Virus record (IMG/VR): IMGVR_UViG_3300027834_000005
Coordinates: 283,233-347,232 of that record
Strand: one strand, 5' to 3'
Length of the DNA stretch: 64,000 bases
The notes below the pieces were generated by a model, which did not search any database, was not told where the DNA came from, and was given only the letters and a program-made list of their open reading frames with translations. Both the position numbers and the translations under genes were made by a program. This document shows positions 44,846 to 54,165 of this stretch, piece by piece; positions within the stretch are counted from its first letter, which is position 1, and each line of letters starts with the position of its first letter.

Positions 44846-47800
44846 ATGACATCCATTAACGACATATATTACGGTCAAAATACGACCAATGTTATTTTCA
44901 AGAAAACATGGAGTCCTTCCACAGGTTTATACCCAACTGACATGACAGAAGGTATCATGTACATTGCTGAAGATGACGGCACTGTTGGCGTTGAGAACTA
45001 CGTAACAGATGACGCTATTTTTTATAAGGACACATCATGGATAAGGCTTGGTTCTGCTGATAGCGGATCTCCGGTTGCTGTGTCCGATACTCCCCCTCCT
45101 GCCCCAGAAGAAGGTGACTTGTGGTGGGATTCTTCTGTGGATAACAGTGGTCCGTTATACACGTGGAATGGCACGGAATGGGCAACGTCTAGCGGCGGCA
45201 CATCTATAGAAAACTGGACACCTGTGCCTATTAGTGTGCCTATCATAGGTACTATTGATGTTAGTGGAAACACCACTATCACGCCTAATGCTACAGGAGC
45301 AACATTCACTAATACTGCGAACGGAGGCTTTCCAGCCACATCGTTCTCAGTAGATGACGTATTCGAGATGAGTACTGTTGAGACTGGCATGTATTTCAAA
45401 TTATCTAATATGTATGATGCCAGTAGTGGTGGCGGCGGATATAACGGATTCACAGACAGTACGGCTGATTGGTATACTATGGGTGGAGCCTTATGTGGTT
45501 TATATCTTGACGCAACTGGTACTGGAGACTTCGATGGTAATTTACAGATTTCAGTTGGTAGTTACTTGGAAGGGACATCAGAAGGTGATGCGCTAAACGT
45601 GACAATTCCTTTTGCAAGCATACAAGATAAAGAATTATGTATATCCGTTTACCATGATAACGTAGACACCATCACTGTTAATTTATATAGCGAGGATACT
45701 GTTAACGTTCCAATTCATACATTTTCATACACGTTGGTGAGTCTGTCATTGCAGGACGCGGTAGATTCTATTACAAGGTCATTTAGTACTGTGTATCAAG
45801 ATACTAATACTTTTTCACCTACAGCAATAGGAACGCATTATACAGTTCCTACAGTGGTGCATTCCAATGTAACTTTGTTCTCAGATGTAAAAGTTGATCC
45901 TACATCATATCCTGTAGTTACTGAAAATACTCAATTTAGAGTTAATGCATTGGCAGCTCCGTTATACGCAGAAGATATAGACGTGACATTAAAAAATGGT
46001 TACTTAACATCATTTAGTGCGGCTGGGGCATTGGAAACTGCATCTCCTGAACTTACTGCGAACGAGATTAATGCTCAGTTGGCTACATTTGCGTCAACTA
46101 CCGGAAATAATACTTTTACTGGAGACAACACGTTCAGTGGCGAATTTGTAGATAGCAAGCACTTAGAAAGTAATGGAACAGATACGTTCGATCTAGACAA
46201 TCACACTAAATATTTATTTAAGATTAGGAGTAACTCAACAGCAGCAACAGTTAATTTGCCAGATATTAGTCCTTCTAATAACCAACTTCTTCCTTATGTA
46301 GAAATAACGGCAGTCGGTAAATTAGGACAAGTGACAATAGATGATCCTTTAGTGTCTGAGAACTTCTTCATTAACGGTGTTGATTCTGGTGCAAGTACAT
46401 ATGTGATTACGTCCGGCGCGAAAGTGTTACTGGTTAAAGGACCTACTTCGATTAGTAGTGATAGATGGCATGTTATTGACATGGCTGCCGTTGGTAGTGG
46501 CGGTATGTCAACTGTCATTTTAAATAGTGATGACGGTAGTGTGACTAATGCTGATGTGGGTACGAAGTACGTACAGATACAATCAACAGTAGGTGCGTTG
46601 CCATCTACCTTTATTTTACCTAACACTGCTGATAATGGTGAGCAAATAATACTTGAGGTAAGTGATAACTATGAAACTCGCATTCAATGTGCTAGCACAG
46701 ACATTAAGATTTTCGGTATAGATTCAGATACTACTATTCCAGCTGGGCTTGGAAGTACATTCAAAACAGAAAACCAAGCAATATATACGTTCACGTATAA
46801 TGTTGCGAAGTCTTGGTGGGAGTGTATTATATCTGGTGGTGTTCTTGATTTTATCGGTAAGTTCGGAACAAACGTTGATCTTGATTTGGCAGGCGGAAAC
46901 GTAGTAATTTCTAGTGGTCAGCCTACGGGTGAACTTAGTCTTAGTGTACAAACATCGGCGATGAACATGTCATCACCATCCGACTTAGCAATAGCTACTA
47001 AGAAATATGTTGATGATAATGCCGTTGGTGGTTTTGATAACACATCCCTTGCATCGTATAGTGCAGCCGGAGATATTGTTCTTAATGCTAATACAGCTAT
47101 TGGTGACCAGATAACATTAAATGCTACTAACTTTGGTGGCGAAGTAAATATAAATTCTTACTCCGCATTAGATGTGAATGTATCTAACGGTTTAATAAAT
47201 TTCACAAGTGAAGATATGTTACTGGGGTTAACCCCGTCATCAAGCAATGCTTCTAAAATATTCTTTAAAAACGATGGCATCGATTTAGGTAATTACGGTT
47301 ATGTATCGGCAGCGGGAGATAGTACGTCCGCCGGTATTAGACTTTCTAGTAACACAGAACAGAGCTTCATGGATATCAGAGGTGATAGAATTGTAATGGA
47401 TTCTGATAGTGACGTGGTTATTGTTAGCGGTGGCGGATCAGGTCAAGGTAAGTTGAGTTTCTTAGATTTACTAAACAGCCAAGCTGGATTTGTAGGTGCA
47501 TATTCGTCTTCTGCTGGCGGCATTCAGATTAGCTCTAATAACTCGGCACATTCATTAAACATAACTAATAGCGGCGGTGTATCTGTTAGTGCTGATCCCG
47601 TAAACCCACTTAACGTTGCAACTAAACAGTACGTAGACCATGGTAATATGAAAGCTGTAACTGTGACTTTTGCGTCAACAGACACAACTGTGAATGTTGG
47701 GACAGCTGTGCCTAGTAACGCTTTAGTCGTGTCTTGCAAGATAAACATAACTACCGCATTTGATGACGTAGCAGCAACATTGACAGTTGGTAATTCAACG

Positions 47801-47971
47801 ACTAATGATGGCATATCAGCGACTGTTAGTAGTGACCCATCCACATTAGGCTTATACGCAAATGATTCTTTATTTGACGTATTAGGAAATGGACAAATAC
47901 AAATATTCGTAAGTGCCGGTACTGCTACTGTTGGAGCAGGAAGAGTTCTAGTAGAATACTACATCCCATAA
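44846..47971 (+). CDS. Large fibre/appendage protein B
   Basis: 1041 aa; N-terminus paralogous to protein A; P..P.EGDLWWDS unit; ATKxYVD motifs. Confidence 0.65.
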   Translation: MTSINDIYYGQNTTNVIFKKTWSPSTGLYPTDMTEGIMYIAEDDGTVGVENYVTDDAIFYKDTSWIRLGSADSGSPVAVSDTPPPAPEEGDLWWDSSVDNSGPLYTWNGTEWATSSGGTSIENWTPVPISVPIIGTIDVSGNTTITPNATGATFTNTANGGFPATSFSVDDVFEMSTVETGMYFKLSNMYDASSGGGGYNGFTDSTADWYTMGGALCGLYLDATGTGDFDGNLQISVGSYLEGTSEGDALNVTIPFASIQDKELCISVYHDNVDTITVNLYSEDTVNVPIHTFSYTLVSLSLQDAVDSITRSFSTVYQDTNTFSPTAIGTHYTVPTVVHSNVTLFSDVKVDPTSYPVVTENTQFRVNALAAPLYAEDIDVTLKNGYLTSFSAAGALETASPELTANEINAQLATFASTTGNNTFTGDNTFSGEFVDSKHLESNGTDTFDLDNHTKYLFKIRSNSTAATVNLPDISPSNNQLLPYVEITAVGKLGQVTIDDPLVSENFFINGVDSGASTYVITSGAKVLLVKGPTSISSDRWHVIDMAAVGSGGMSTVILNSDDGSVTNADVGTKYVQIQSTVGALPSTFILPNTADNGEQIILEVSDNYETRIQCASTDIKIFGIDSDTTIPAGLGSTFKTENQAIYTFTYNVAKSWWECIISGGVLDFIGKFGTNVDLDLAGGNVVISSGQPTGELSLSVQTSAMNMSSPSDLAIATKKYVDDNAVGGFDNTSLASYSAAGDIVLNANTAIGDQITLNATNFGGEVNINSYSALDVNVSNGLINFTSEDMLLGLTPSSSNASKIFFKNDGIDLGNYGYVSAAGDSTSAGIRLSSNTEQSFMDIRGDRIVMDSDSDVVIVSGGGSGQGKLSFLDLLNSQAGFVGAYSSSAGGIQISSNNSAHSLNITNSGGVSVSADPVNPLNVATKQYVDHGNMKAVTVTFASTDTTVNVGTAVPSNALVVSCKINITTAFDDVAATLTVGNSTTNDGISATVSSDPSTLGLYANDSLFDVLGNGQIQIFVSAGTATVGAGRVLVEYYIP

Positions 47972-47982
47972 GGAAATGAAAC

Positions 47983-49491
47983 ATGACAAAGAGATATGAT
48001 TTAAGCGGAATTGGCAGTTCCATGGAATTAGGTAAAAATGGTCCACTGATAACAGATAATAATGGCTCAGTGGAGATTGATGGTAATAAATTATTGGGGG
48101 AATCCGAATCTTCCCCTGTGTTTAGTTCGGGCACATTAGGGGCGATTTCATTAACTGTTAATGTGGACCCAACCAAATTCGATGTGTCAATCGACAATGC
48201 GGTATTTGTAGACCACACGTATGGCAGTGCAACGCCACTTACCTATACTGGTGCACAATCTTTTACTGCGGTGACGTCTCCGCTTATTGGTTCAGAAAAT
48301 TCTACTTTTGTAGGTATAAATTCATCAGGCACATTAGTCTATAAAAATGTACAATATACTCCCGTAGAAAGAAGAACTATTGTATATATTGGTGTGCTGG
48401 TACACACTGATAATGTGAATATATCATCGGCAATAACAACACCAACGCAAGCGCAAGATAACGATCAGCTGCTTATAGACTTAGTGGATGTGATAGGTGC
48501 AGTAAATGTGTCTGGGAATAGTTTTGAACCAGTAGATACTTCGCTAGCATTAAAAAAGACCGCAGGATCATCTTTTGGGAGATCGGTAGGATATGAATCC
48601 ACACCGTCCAGCCCGAATATAGATGCATCTCCTGAAATATCCCCTCTGACATTCTTCTCTAACTATAGGGATGCCACCACTGGGGTGACTATTGGTGTGG
48701 AAAATGTTGTCGATCCTAATTTCTGGGATGATGGAACCGGCACGCTAAATGCTTTAGCTAATAACCGAGTTGTAGCACATAGAATTACTTATTTCGCTTC
48801 TGATGATAGTGTCGTTATTCAATATGGGCAAAATGAATATTTAGATATGTCAGCAGCTGAATCTGGATACATATCTGAAGTATTTGAAGAGAGGAATAAT
48901 CTAAGTGCGGGTATATTCAGAGGGTGGTTATTGCTTACTGAAGGCATTACCAATTTAACAGCCGCATTCGGTAGTGGGGCTGCAAAGTTTATAGAATCGA
49001 ATAAATTTGGCGGTAGCGCTTCTGCTGGTGACCATTTTGATCCGTCATTGTCGCAATCTATAACTGGCGCATGGGACTTTACGCAAGAAATTCTTTTGGC
49101 AGCAGATCCTACTTCAGTACTAGGTGTGGCCACTAAGCAATATGTAGATGCTAACGTGGGTACTGGTTTGGAGAATGTGACAGTGTCCCCAACTACATCA
49201 GGAGTCATATCCTATACTGGCTCCACATCAGGAACTCATATAATAAATTTAACTGGTGATGGAACTTTAACTATGGATGATGCGCCAATAACCATACAGC
49301 CTAATGTTACTACGCTTTCTTTCTTTGTGAAACCCGCCGCCCACGTATTAGGGTTTAGTGGTAACATTGACTGGGGTGATGCTGGCCTTCCAGATTTAAC
49401 AGCTAATAAGTTGACGTCATTCACCTTGATATCTTTCGGTAATTCTGCGTCATGGTTAGGAACTGCCGGTAACAGCGGGTATGTAGCGTAA
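47983..49491 (+). CDS. Virion structural/appendage protein
   Basis: 502 aa; ADPTSVLGVATKQYVD motif shared with the fibre genes. Confidence 0.6.
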   Translation: MTKRYDLSGIGSSMELGKNGPLITDNNGSVEIDGNKLLGESESSPVFSSGTLGAISLTVNVDPTKFDVSIDNAVFVDHTYGSATPLTYTGAQSFTAVTSPLIGSENSTFVGINSSGTLVYKNVQYTPVERRTIVYIGVLVHTDNVNISSAITTPTQAQDNDQLLIDLVDVIGAVNVSGNSFEPVDTSLALKKTAGSSFGRSVGYESTPSSPNIDASPEISPLTFFSNYRDATTGVTIGVENVVDPNFWDDGTGTLNALANNRVVAHRITYFASDDSVVIQYGQNEYLDMSAAESGYISEVFEERNNLSAGIFRGWLLLTEGITNLTAAFGSGAAKFIESNKFGGSASAGDHFDPSLSQSITGAWDFTQEILLAADPTSVLGVATKQYVDANVGTGLENVTVSPTTSGVISYTGSTSGTHIINLTGDGTLTMDDAPITIQPNVTTLSFFVKPAAHVLGFSGNIDWGDAGLPDLTANKLTSFTLISFGNSASWLGTAGNSGYVA

Positions 49492-52400
49492 TGATCATAC
49501 CAACTAACCTCAGAAAAATTGACAAAGTACCTAAATACCCAGTTGGGTGGTCACTGTCTCGTAATTCTACAGCACTGACCATGCAGTACACAGAAGTGCA
49601 AGCTGAAGAGCCTGTTTATGAGAGAATAATACAATCGCCAATGGCCTTTCAAGATATTCAACCTTACTCAAGTGGATTAACCGACGCTACTATACAACCG
49701 ACATATGCATCGGTTGTGGCTGATATAGAGGCGCTTGATGCAACATATACTAATGTAGTCGTTGATGATATTTCAACTATCACTGGTGCTACTGTGTTGC
49801 CTAGCGGACGTAAAATGTTAACTGTTCGGATAAATGATGATGGTGTAAAACCTATCATCTGTTTACACACTTGCACACATGGAGGAGAGAATCACTCCTT
49901 CACTGGGGTGTTAAGTTTTATTGATCATTACTTAACATCTAATGATGCACTTAGTGTGTGGTTGAGAGAAACTGTGTCACTAGTATGGTTAGCAATACCG
50001 AATCCAGACGGATTATTCAGTGATAATAGACGTAATGATAATAACATAAACCTTAACAGGAATTACCCTTATTTCTGGGATTACGCGGCTGACCCTGATA
50101 AAGGTGCTGCTCCCCTTGACCAAAACGAAACAGCTAATATGATAAACTTCCTAACAGTGGAGATGATGGGGCGAATAATTTCATTCCTTGATATCCATGG
50201 ATGGTTCTCTAGGTCAACTTATGGGTTCCTGACAGATCAGATATGGGAAGGTGATATAAGAGCTTTGAAACAACAACGTGCTGCATACCTATACATGAAA
50301 TCTATCATGGATAAAAGAGACTGGGCTTCTGAATTCACCATTGTCAACGCACTTCCTACACCAGTGGAAAGACGTTCATCACGTAAACCCTACATATCTT
50401 ATGCGATACGAAAACATTGCAAGTCAACCGCATGGACAGGCCAATTCGAATACTCTCACCAAGAGAATGTTGGTGTAGGCGGAACTGCTGTGCTTGATGC
50501 TATCACAGGCGTGTGTATGGCTGCTCGTGATGGGCTTGTTTCAGAGAGCATCGGCGTTGTTAGTACGGGATTATTTGCGCCTACAGATATCGTCAATAAT
50601 AATTCTCACTTTGACGACGCATGGAATGTTTCTGAGAATAGACCGCCTTGGTTTAAGTATGAATCTCTAAGTGTTCAGAATAATACATTGGTCAATCCTC
50701 ATTATACAGAAACTCAGGTAGTTATTAATAGGCCTCTTTCATCAAGCTGGCCTATTCTTTTCACCAATGCTGGTGAGACAGTTAATGCAGATCCCCTGTT
50801 GGAAACAGGTGGTCATGTTTATATTGTTGGTGGGGAAGTTTCTTCTGGAACTTACACGAATGATTTCTATCGTGAGCAGCTTGTCCAACCAGAACCACCG
50901 CAGATTGGCGATAACAACTATGGGATTTATTTACCTGAAATAGAGCAAGAACAATTACCGAATTTACCCTACTCAGCTAAAGGTGTTAAATTAGCAAATG
51001 ATGGAACGTATATCTATGCATTTGGTGGATTTGATGGGACCTACCACGCCGAAATCTATCGTATTGCTATTGCTGGCGTAGACACAAATAGTTGGACTCT
51101 AGTTCACACTATGACTTCATATGGTGGTGAAGGTTTAAATCGACACAGTATGGATTTCTGGAATGGTAATCTTGTGATCACTGGTGGCAGAACATCTATT
51201 GGTTATGAAGATAAAACAATTTTGGTTGATGTGTCCACGTGGTCTGAGACTATTATTGTAAGATCATCAAATGATATTGATCCATTCTTTTCTGCGCGTG
51301 GCTGGCATAGCACCGTGTTAGTGGGTGATCTTTTATATGTTATTGGTGGTTGGACAGGAACAACAACGCTATTAAGCGTATATGAAATAAACCTAGTGAC
51401 ACGTGGAAGGTTTTACCGTCCATTGCCTTCTGCGAGAAGACAAGCTTCTGCGGCATATTCTGCAGACACTGATAAGATTTATGTTATTGGTGGTTGTTCT
51501 GGTTCTACAACCACGCCAACATATCTTGATGCTTTAGAATTTGATAGAGCGACGGATACTTGGTCTGATTATGTACATTCACTTGATACATTCGTAGATG
51601 AGGACGGTGATACGGTTACGATTGATCCAATGTTAAGATTGAATCCAATCATGTATTACAACCCGTTGTCTTATCAGTTAATATTCGCTGGTGGTGAAAG
51701 TGCAGTGGACGTTTCTACCGCAACAGTGTATGAGATTTTACTATCATCAAGTCTTGTGTCTTTACGTGAAACTAATGATGCGAACTACGGTTTGATTAGG
51801 CCAAATTCTATATTTCCGTCAGTTGAAGGTGAAGTGTATGTATTAAACATTGCAGCCGAAAGGTTAGATGCTATTGACCCTCAAGTGAACGCCTATTTGA
51901 GACCTTGTATCTACTCTGGTAACTGGGCAACTCCTATACGTAAGAACAGGCTAGGATATAGTGTGCCTCCTAATAAAGGCGTCCATATATATTCTATTCC
52001 TGTACAAGCGCATGCAGGATTTGATCCTGAGATACGTGGGTTCTTACGTCATTACGGAAGTGGCACGCGTGTTGTGTTAGGCGCAATGCAAATTACAAAA
52101 GGGCAACTACACGGGACACTTATTCCCGAAACAGGTAAGGCGTCAGACGTAGTGACTGTGTCTTTTGATAATATGGTAGATACGAATAACGAAGCATATG
52201 GTGTTATGTCACCTATGTGGGGTAGTCAGCAGGCTACTAATGGAGACTTAACTGCCATAGACTTTACTGTGGATGGAGCTAATGATCTTGATCTTCTATC
52301 CCTCACATATTCTGCTACTGCGGATGGCGTTTATACAGATCCAAACTCATATATTGATTTTTCCCCTAATGGAAACTTCACGTTGCGCTGGACTGAGAAT

Positions 52401-52628
52401 GCAACCCCTCACACTCACGTATTTACTACGGTAGAGTTAAACCATGACAGGTATGCACCGGCATGGAGAAAAGATGTATTTCATTGGAGGCTAAGATATT
52501 CGGGGGCTGATTTAGTTTTCGATTTGTGGTTTTATAATGAGATGCAGACTGTAAATCTTGGAGCAATAACTAGTGATATAACAGGATTTACGATAGACGG
52601 CGCAAATGCCGTATGTAAAGTTCAATAA
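49491..52628 (+). CDS. M14 zinc carboxypeptidase - Kelch propeller fusion protein
   Basis: THGGE (HxxE), NPDG, RRN..NINLNRNYP, LDIHG, FEY; six Kelch blades (YIVGG, YAFGG, VITGG, YVIGG, YVIGG, IFAGG). Confidence 0.85.
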   Translation: MIIPTNLRKIDKVPKYPVGWSLSRNSTALTMQYTEVQAEEPVYERIIQSPMAFQDIQPYSSGLTDATIQPTYASVVADIEALDATYTNVVVDDISTITGATVLPSGRKMLTVRINDDGVKPIICLHTCTHGGENHSFTGVLSFIDHYLTSNDALSVWLRETVSLVWLAIPNPDGLFSDNRRNDNNINLNRNYPYFWDYAADPDKGAAPLDQNETANMINFLTVEMMGRIISFLDIHGWFSRSTYGFLTDQIWEGDIRALKQQRAAYLYMKSIMDKRDWASEFTIVNALPTPVERRSSRKPYISYAIRKHCKSTAWTGQFEYSHQENVGVGGTAVLDAITGVCMAARDGLVSESIGVVSTGLFAPTDIVNNNSHFDDAWNVSENRPPWFKYESLSVQNNTLVNPHYTETQVVINRPLSSSWPILFTNAGETVNADPLLETGGHVYIVGGEVSSGTYTNDFYREQLVQPEPPQIGDNNYGIYLPEIEQEQLPNLPYSAKGVKLANDGTYIYAFGGFDGTYHAEIYRIAIAGVDTNSWTLVHTMTSYGGEGLNRHSMDFWNGNLVITGGRTSIGYEDKTILVDVSTWSETIIVRSSNDIDPFFSARGWHSTVLVGDLLYVIGGWTGTTTLLSVYEINLVTRGRFYRPLPSARRQASAAYSADTDKIYVIGGCSGSTTTPTYLDALEFDRATDTWSDYVHSLDTFVDEDGDTVTIDPMLRLNPIMYYNPLSYQLIFAGGESAVDVSTATVYEILLSSSLVSLRETNDANYGLIRPNSIFPSVEGEVYVLNIAAERLDAIDPQVNAYLRPCIYSGNWATPIRKNRLGYSVPPNKGVHIYSIPVQAHAGFDPEIRGFLRHYGSGTRVVLGAMQITKGQLHGTLIPETGKASDVVTVSFDNMVDTNNEAYGVMSPMWGSQQATNGDLTAIDFTVDGANDLDLLSLTYSATADGVYTDPNSYIDFSPNGNFTLRWTENATPHTHVFTTVELNHDRYAPAWRKDVFHWRLRYSGADLVFDLWFYNEMQTVNLGAITSDITGFTIDGANAVCKVQ

Positions 52629-52646
52629 AAATAAAAGGAGAAAAAT

Positions 52647-52901
52647 ATGGATAAGGCAAAATTGTTAGAAATGTTATTTGATATTGGTTCTAGGCTAGTA
52701 GACACTAACGCAGTTGTTGGTAAAACAAACTTAAGTACTGTATCAGGTGGTACATTACTTGCGGCTGGTTCTACTTTACTATATACTGGTGAGCCAATCT
52801 CACAAGTAGCTGGTGCCGTAGCGTGCGTAGTTGGACTATGTCTGATGAAGTACCGTGATAGCAAAGCTAAAGATGAAAAAAAGGAAGATGAGTCGAAATA
52901 A
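52647..52901 (+). CDS. Small hydrophobic membrane protein (holin-like topology possible)
   Basis: SD AAGGAG; two hydrophobic segments and a charged C-terminus. Confidence 0.5.
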   Translation: MDKAKLLEMLFDIGSRLVDTNAVVGKTNLSTVSGGTLLAAGSTLLYTGEPISQVAGAVACVVGLCLMKYRDSKAKDEKKEDESK

Positions 52902-52902
52902 A

Positions 52903-52931
52903 TTGACTTAACCTCAAATGTCCCCTATAAT
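52903..52931 (+). promoter_or_regulatory. sigma70 promoter
   Basis: TTGACT-17 bp-TATAAT. Confidence 0.7.
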
Positions 52932-52955
52932 CATTCTGAATTTAGGGGACACCTC

Positions 52956-53354
52956 ATGCCAAAGACAGAAACAGAAAAACAACAAACCTACTTAAAAAAT
53001 ATGGTCCTTAGTCTTATAGGTGCTATCATATCTGCCGTGTGCCTTGCATTCATCCTAGGACGTAACGACGGTCTCCGTAACGCAAAACTAGACGTAGACA
53101 CAGAGAAAGCAAAATATATCATTCTAGCCGGAGAATACCAATCTCTTAAAGATGAGAATGCATTGTACTATAATGCTATTCGTAGATGGGATGCATCTAC
53201 CGACGAAAACTTCGTTATGAGTGTTGACTACCTTAATACCCTTGATAAGAAGTTCGAATCCTCTTCTGTAATAAAAAAGAAAACAACTATTGAAAACATG
53301 TCTAAAGTGTGTGAAGATATTACCTCACTTAAAAAACAAGGCATGCTTAAATGA
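52956..53354 (+). CDS. Membrane-anchored hypothetical protein
   Basis: TM at residues ~17-34 then helical region. Confidence 0.55.
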   Translation: MPKTETEKQQTYLKNMVLSLIGAIISAVCLAFILGRNDGLRNAKLDVDTEKAKYIILAGEYQSLKDENALYYNAIRRWDASTDENFVMSVDYLNTLDKKFESSSVIKKKTTIENMSKVCEDITSLKKQGMLK

Positions 53355-54139
53355 ATCCATATACCGTACTAGGCGTAAGAAGCAATGCCAGCGAAAAAGA
53401 AATAAAGAAAGCTTATAAGAAGCTTAGATCCGAGAACCACCCTGATAAGATGATCGCTAAAGGTGCGTCTGATTCGGAAGTGAAAAAAGCTACGGACAAG
53501 TCTCAAAGCATTCAAGAAGCTTACGATAAAATTAAGAACGGTGAATACGTTGAAAGTTCTTTTGAATTTAAGCCAAAGACAAAATGGCATGAATCTAGCA
53601 GCAAGTATTCAGGCAGACATGGCTATCAGCAGTATTATAATGATCGTAATGAAAGTCCGAAAACTTATACATTAGAAACCACAGTAGAACAATTATACGA
53701 TGGTTTTACAATTGACGCTACTTCTTCAGGTCTATGTGAATTCAATGTACCTAAAGGTGCGAACCACGGAACACACATGTTCGTGATGAATAAAAGAATT
53801 AAAATAAATGTTGTGAATGACCCAAAATCTAGATATACTGTTCACCGTAATACAGTGTATACAGGTGCTAAAATATCAACGATTGATGCAACATTGGGAA
53901 CCGAGATTACATTCGAACACTTAAACGGAAAATCGTATAAAGTGAAGGTTCCTAAAGGTACTGTAGATAAGAAAGAAATTGTTATGCCTGAGCTAGGTCT
54001 GTACAATAGAGACACTGGTAAGCGTGATAATTTAATCTTTATCGTTTACGTAGAAACTATTTCAATATTTGATAAAGAAACAATTGACATGCTTACGAAG
54101 AAGGGTTACTATAAACACTCTTACAGCATTGGCAAGTAA
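53351..54139 (+). CDS. J-domain co-chaperone (J domain plus DnaJ/CbpA-type C-terminal domain, no zinc finger)
   Basis: NPYTVLGV...EIKKAYKKL...HPDK; C-terminal IDATLGTEI...L.G..YKVKVPKGT...GL...G...GL. Confidence 0.88.
   Translation: MNPYTVLGVRSNASEKEIKKAYKKLRSENHPDKMIAKGASDSEVKKATDKSQSIQEAYDKIKNGEYVESSFEFKPKTKWHESSSKYSGRHGYQQYYNDRNESPKTYTLETTVEQLYDGFTIDATSSGLCEFNVPKGANHGTHMFVMNKRIKINVVNDPKSRYTVHRNTVYTGAKISTIDATLGTEITFEHLNGKSYKVKVPKGTVDKKEIVMPELGLYNRDTGKRDNLIFIVYVETISIFDKETIDMLTKKGYYKHSYSIGK
54084..54112 (+). promoter_or_regulatory. sigma70 promoter inside the J-protein 3' end, upstream of clpA
   Basis: TTGACA-17 bp-TACTAT. Confidence 0.6.
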
Positions 54140-54165
54140 TTTAATTTAATAAACGAGGAAAACTC

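Noticed and set aside
52647-53354. Holin-spanin lysis cassette
   Set aside because: No adjacent endolysin or lipoprotein o-spanin, and a sigma70 promoter separates the two membrane genes.
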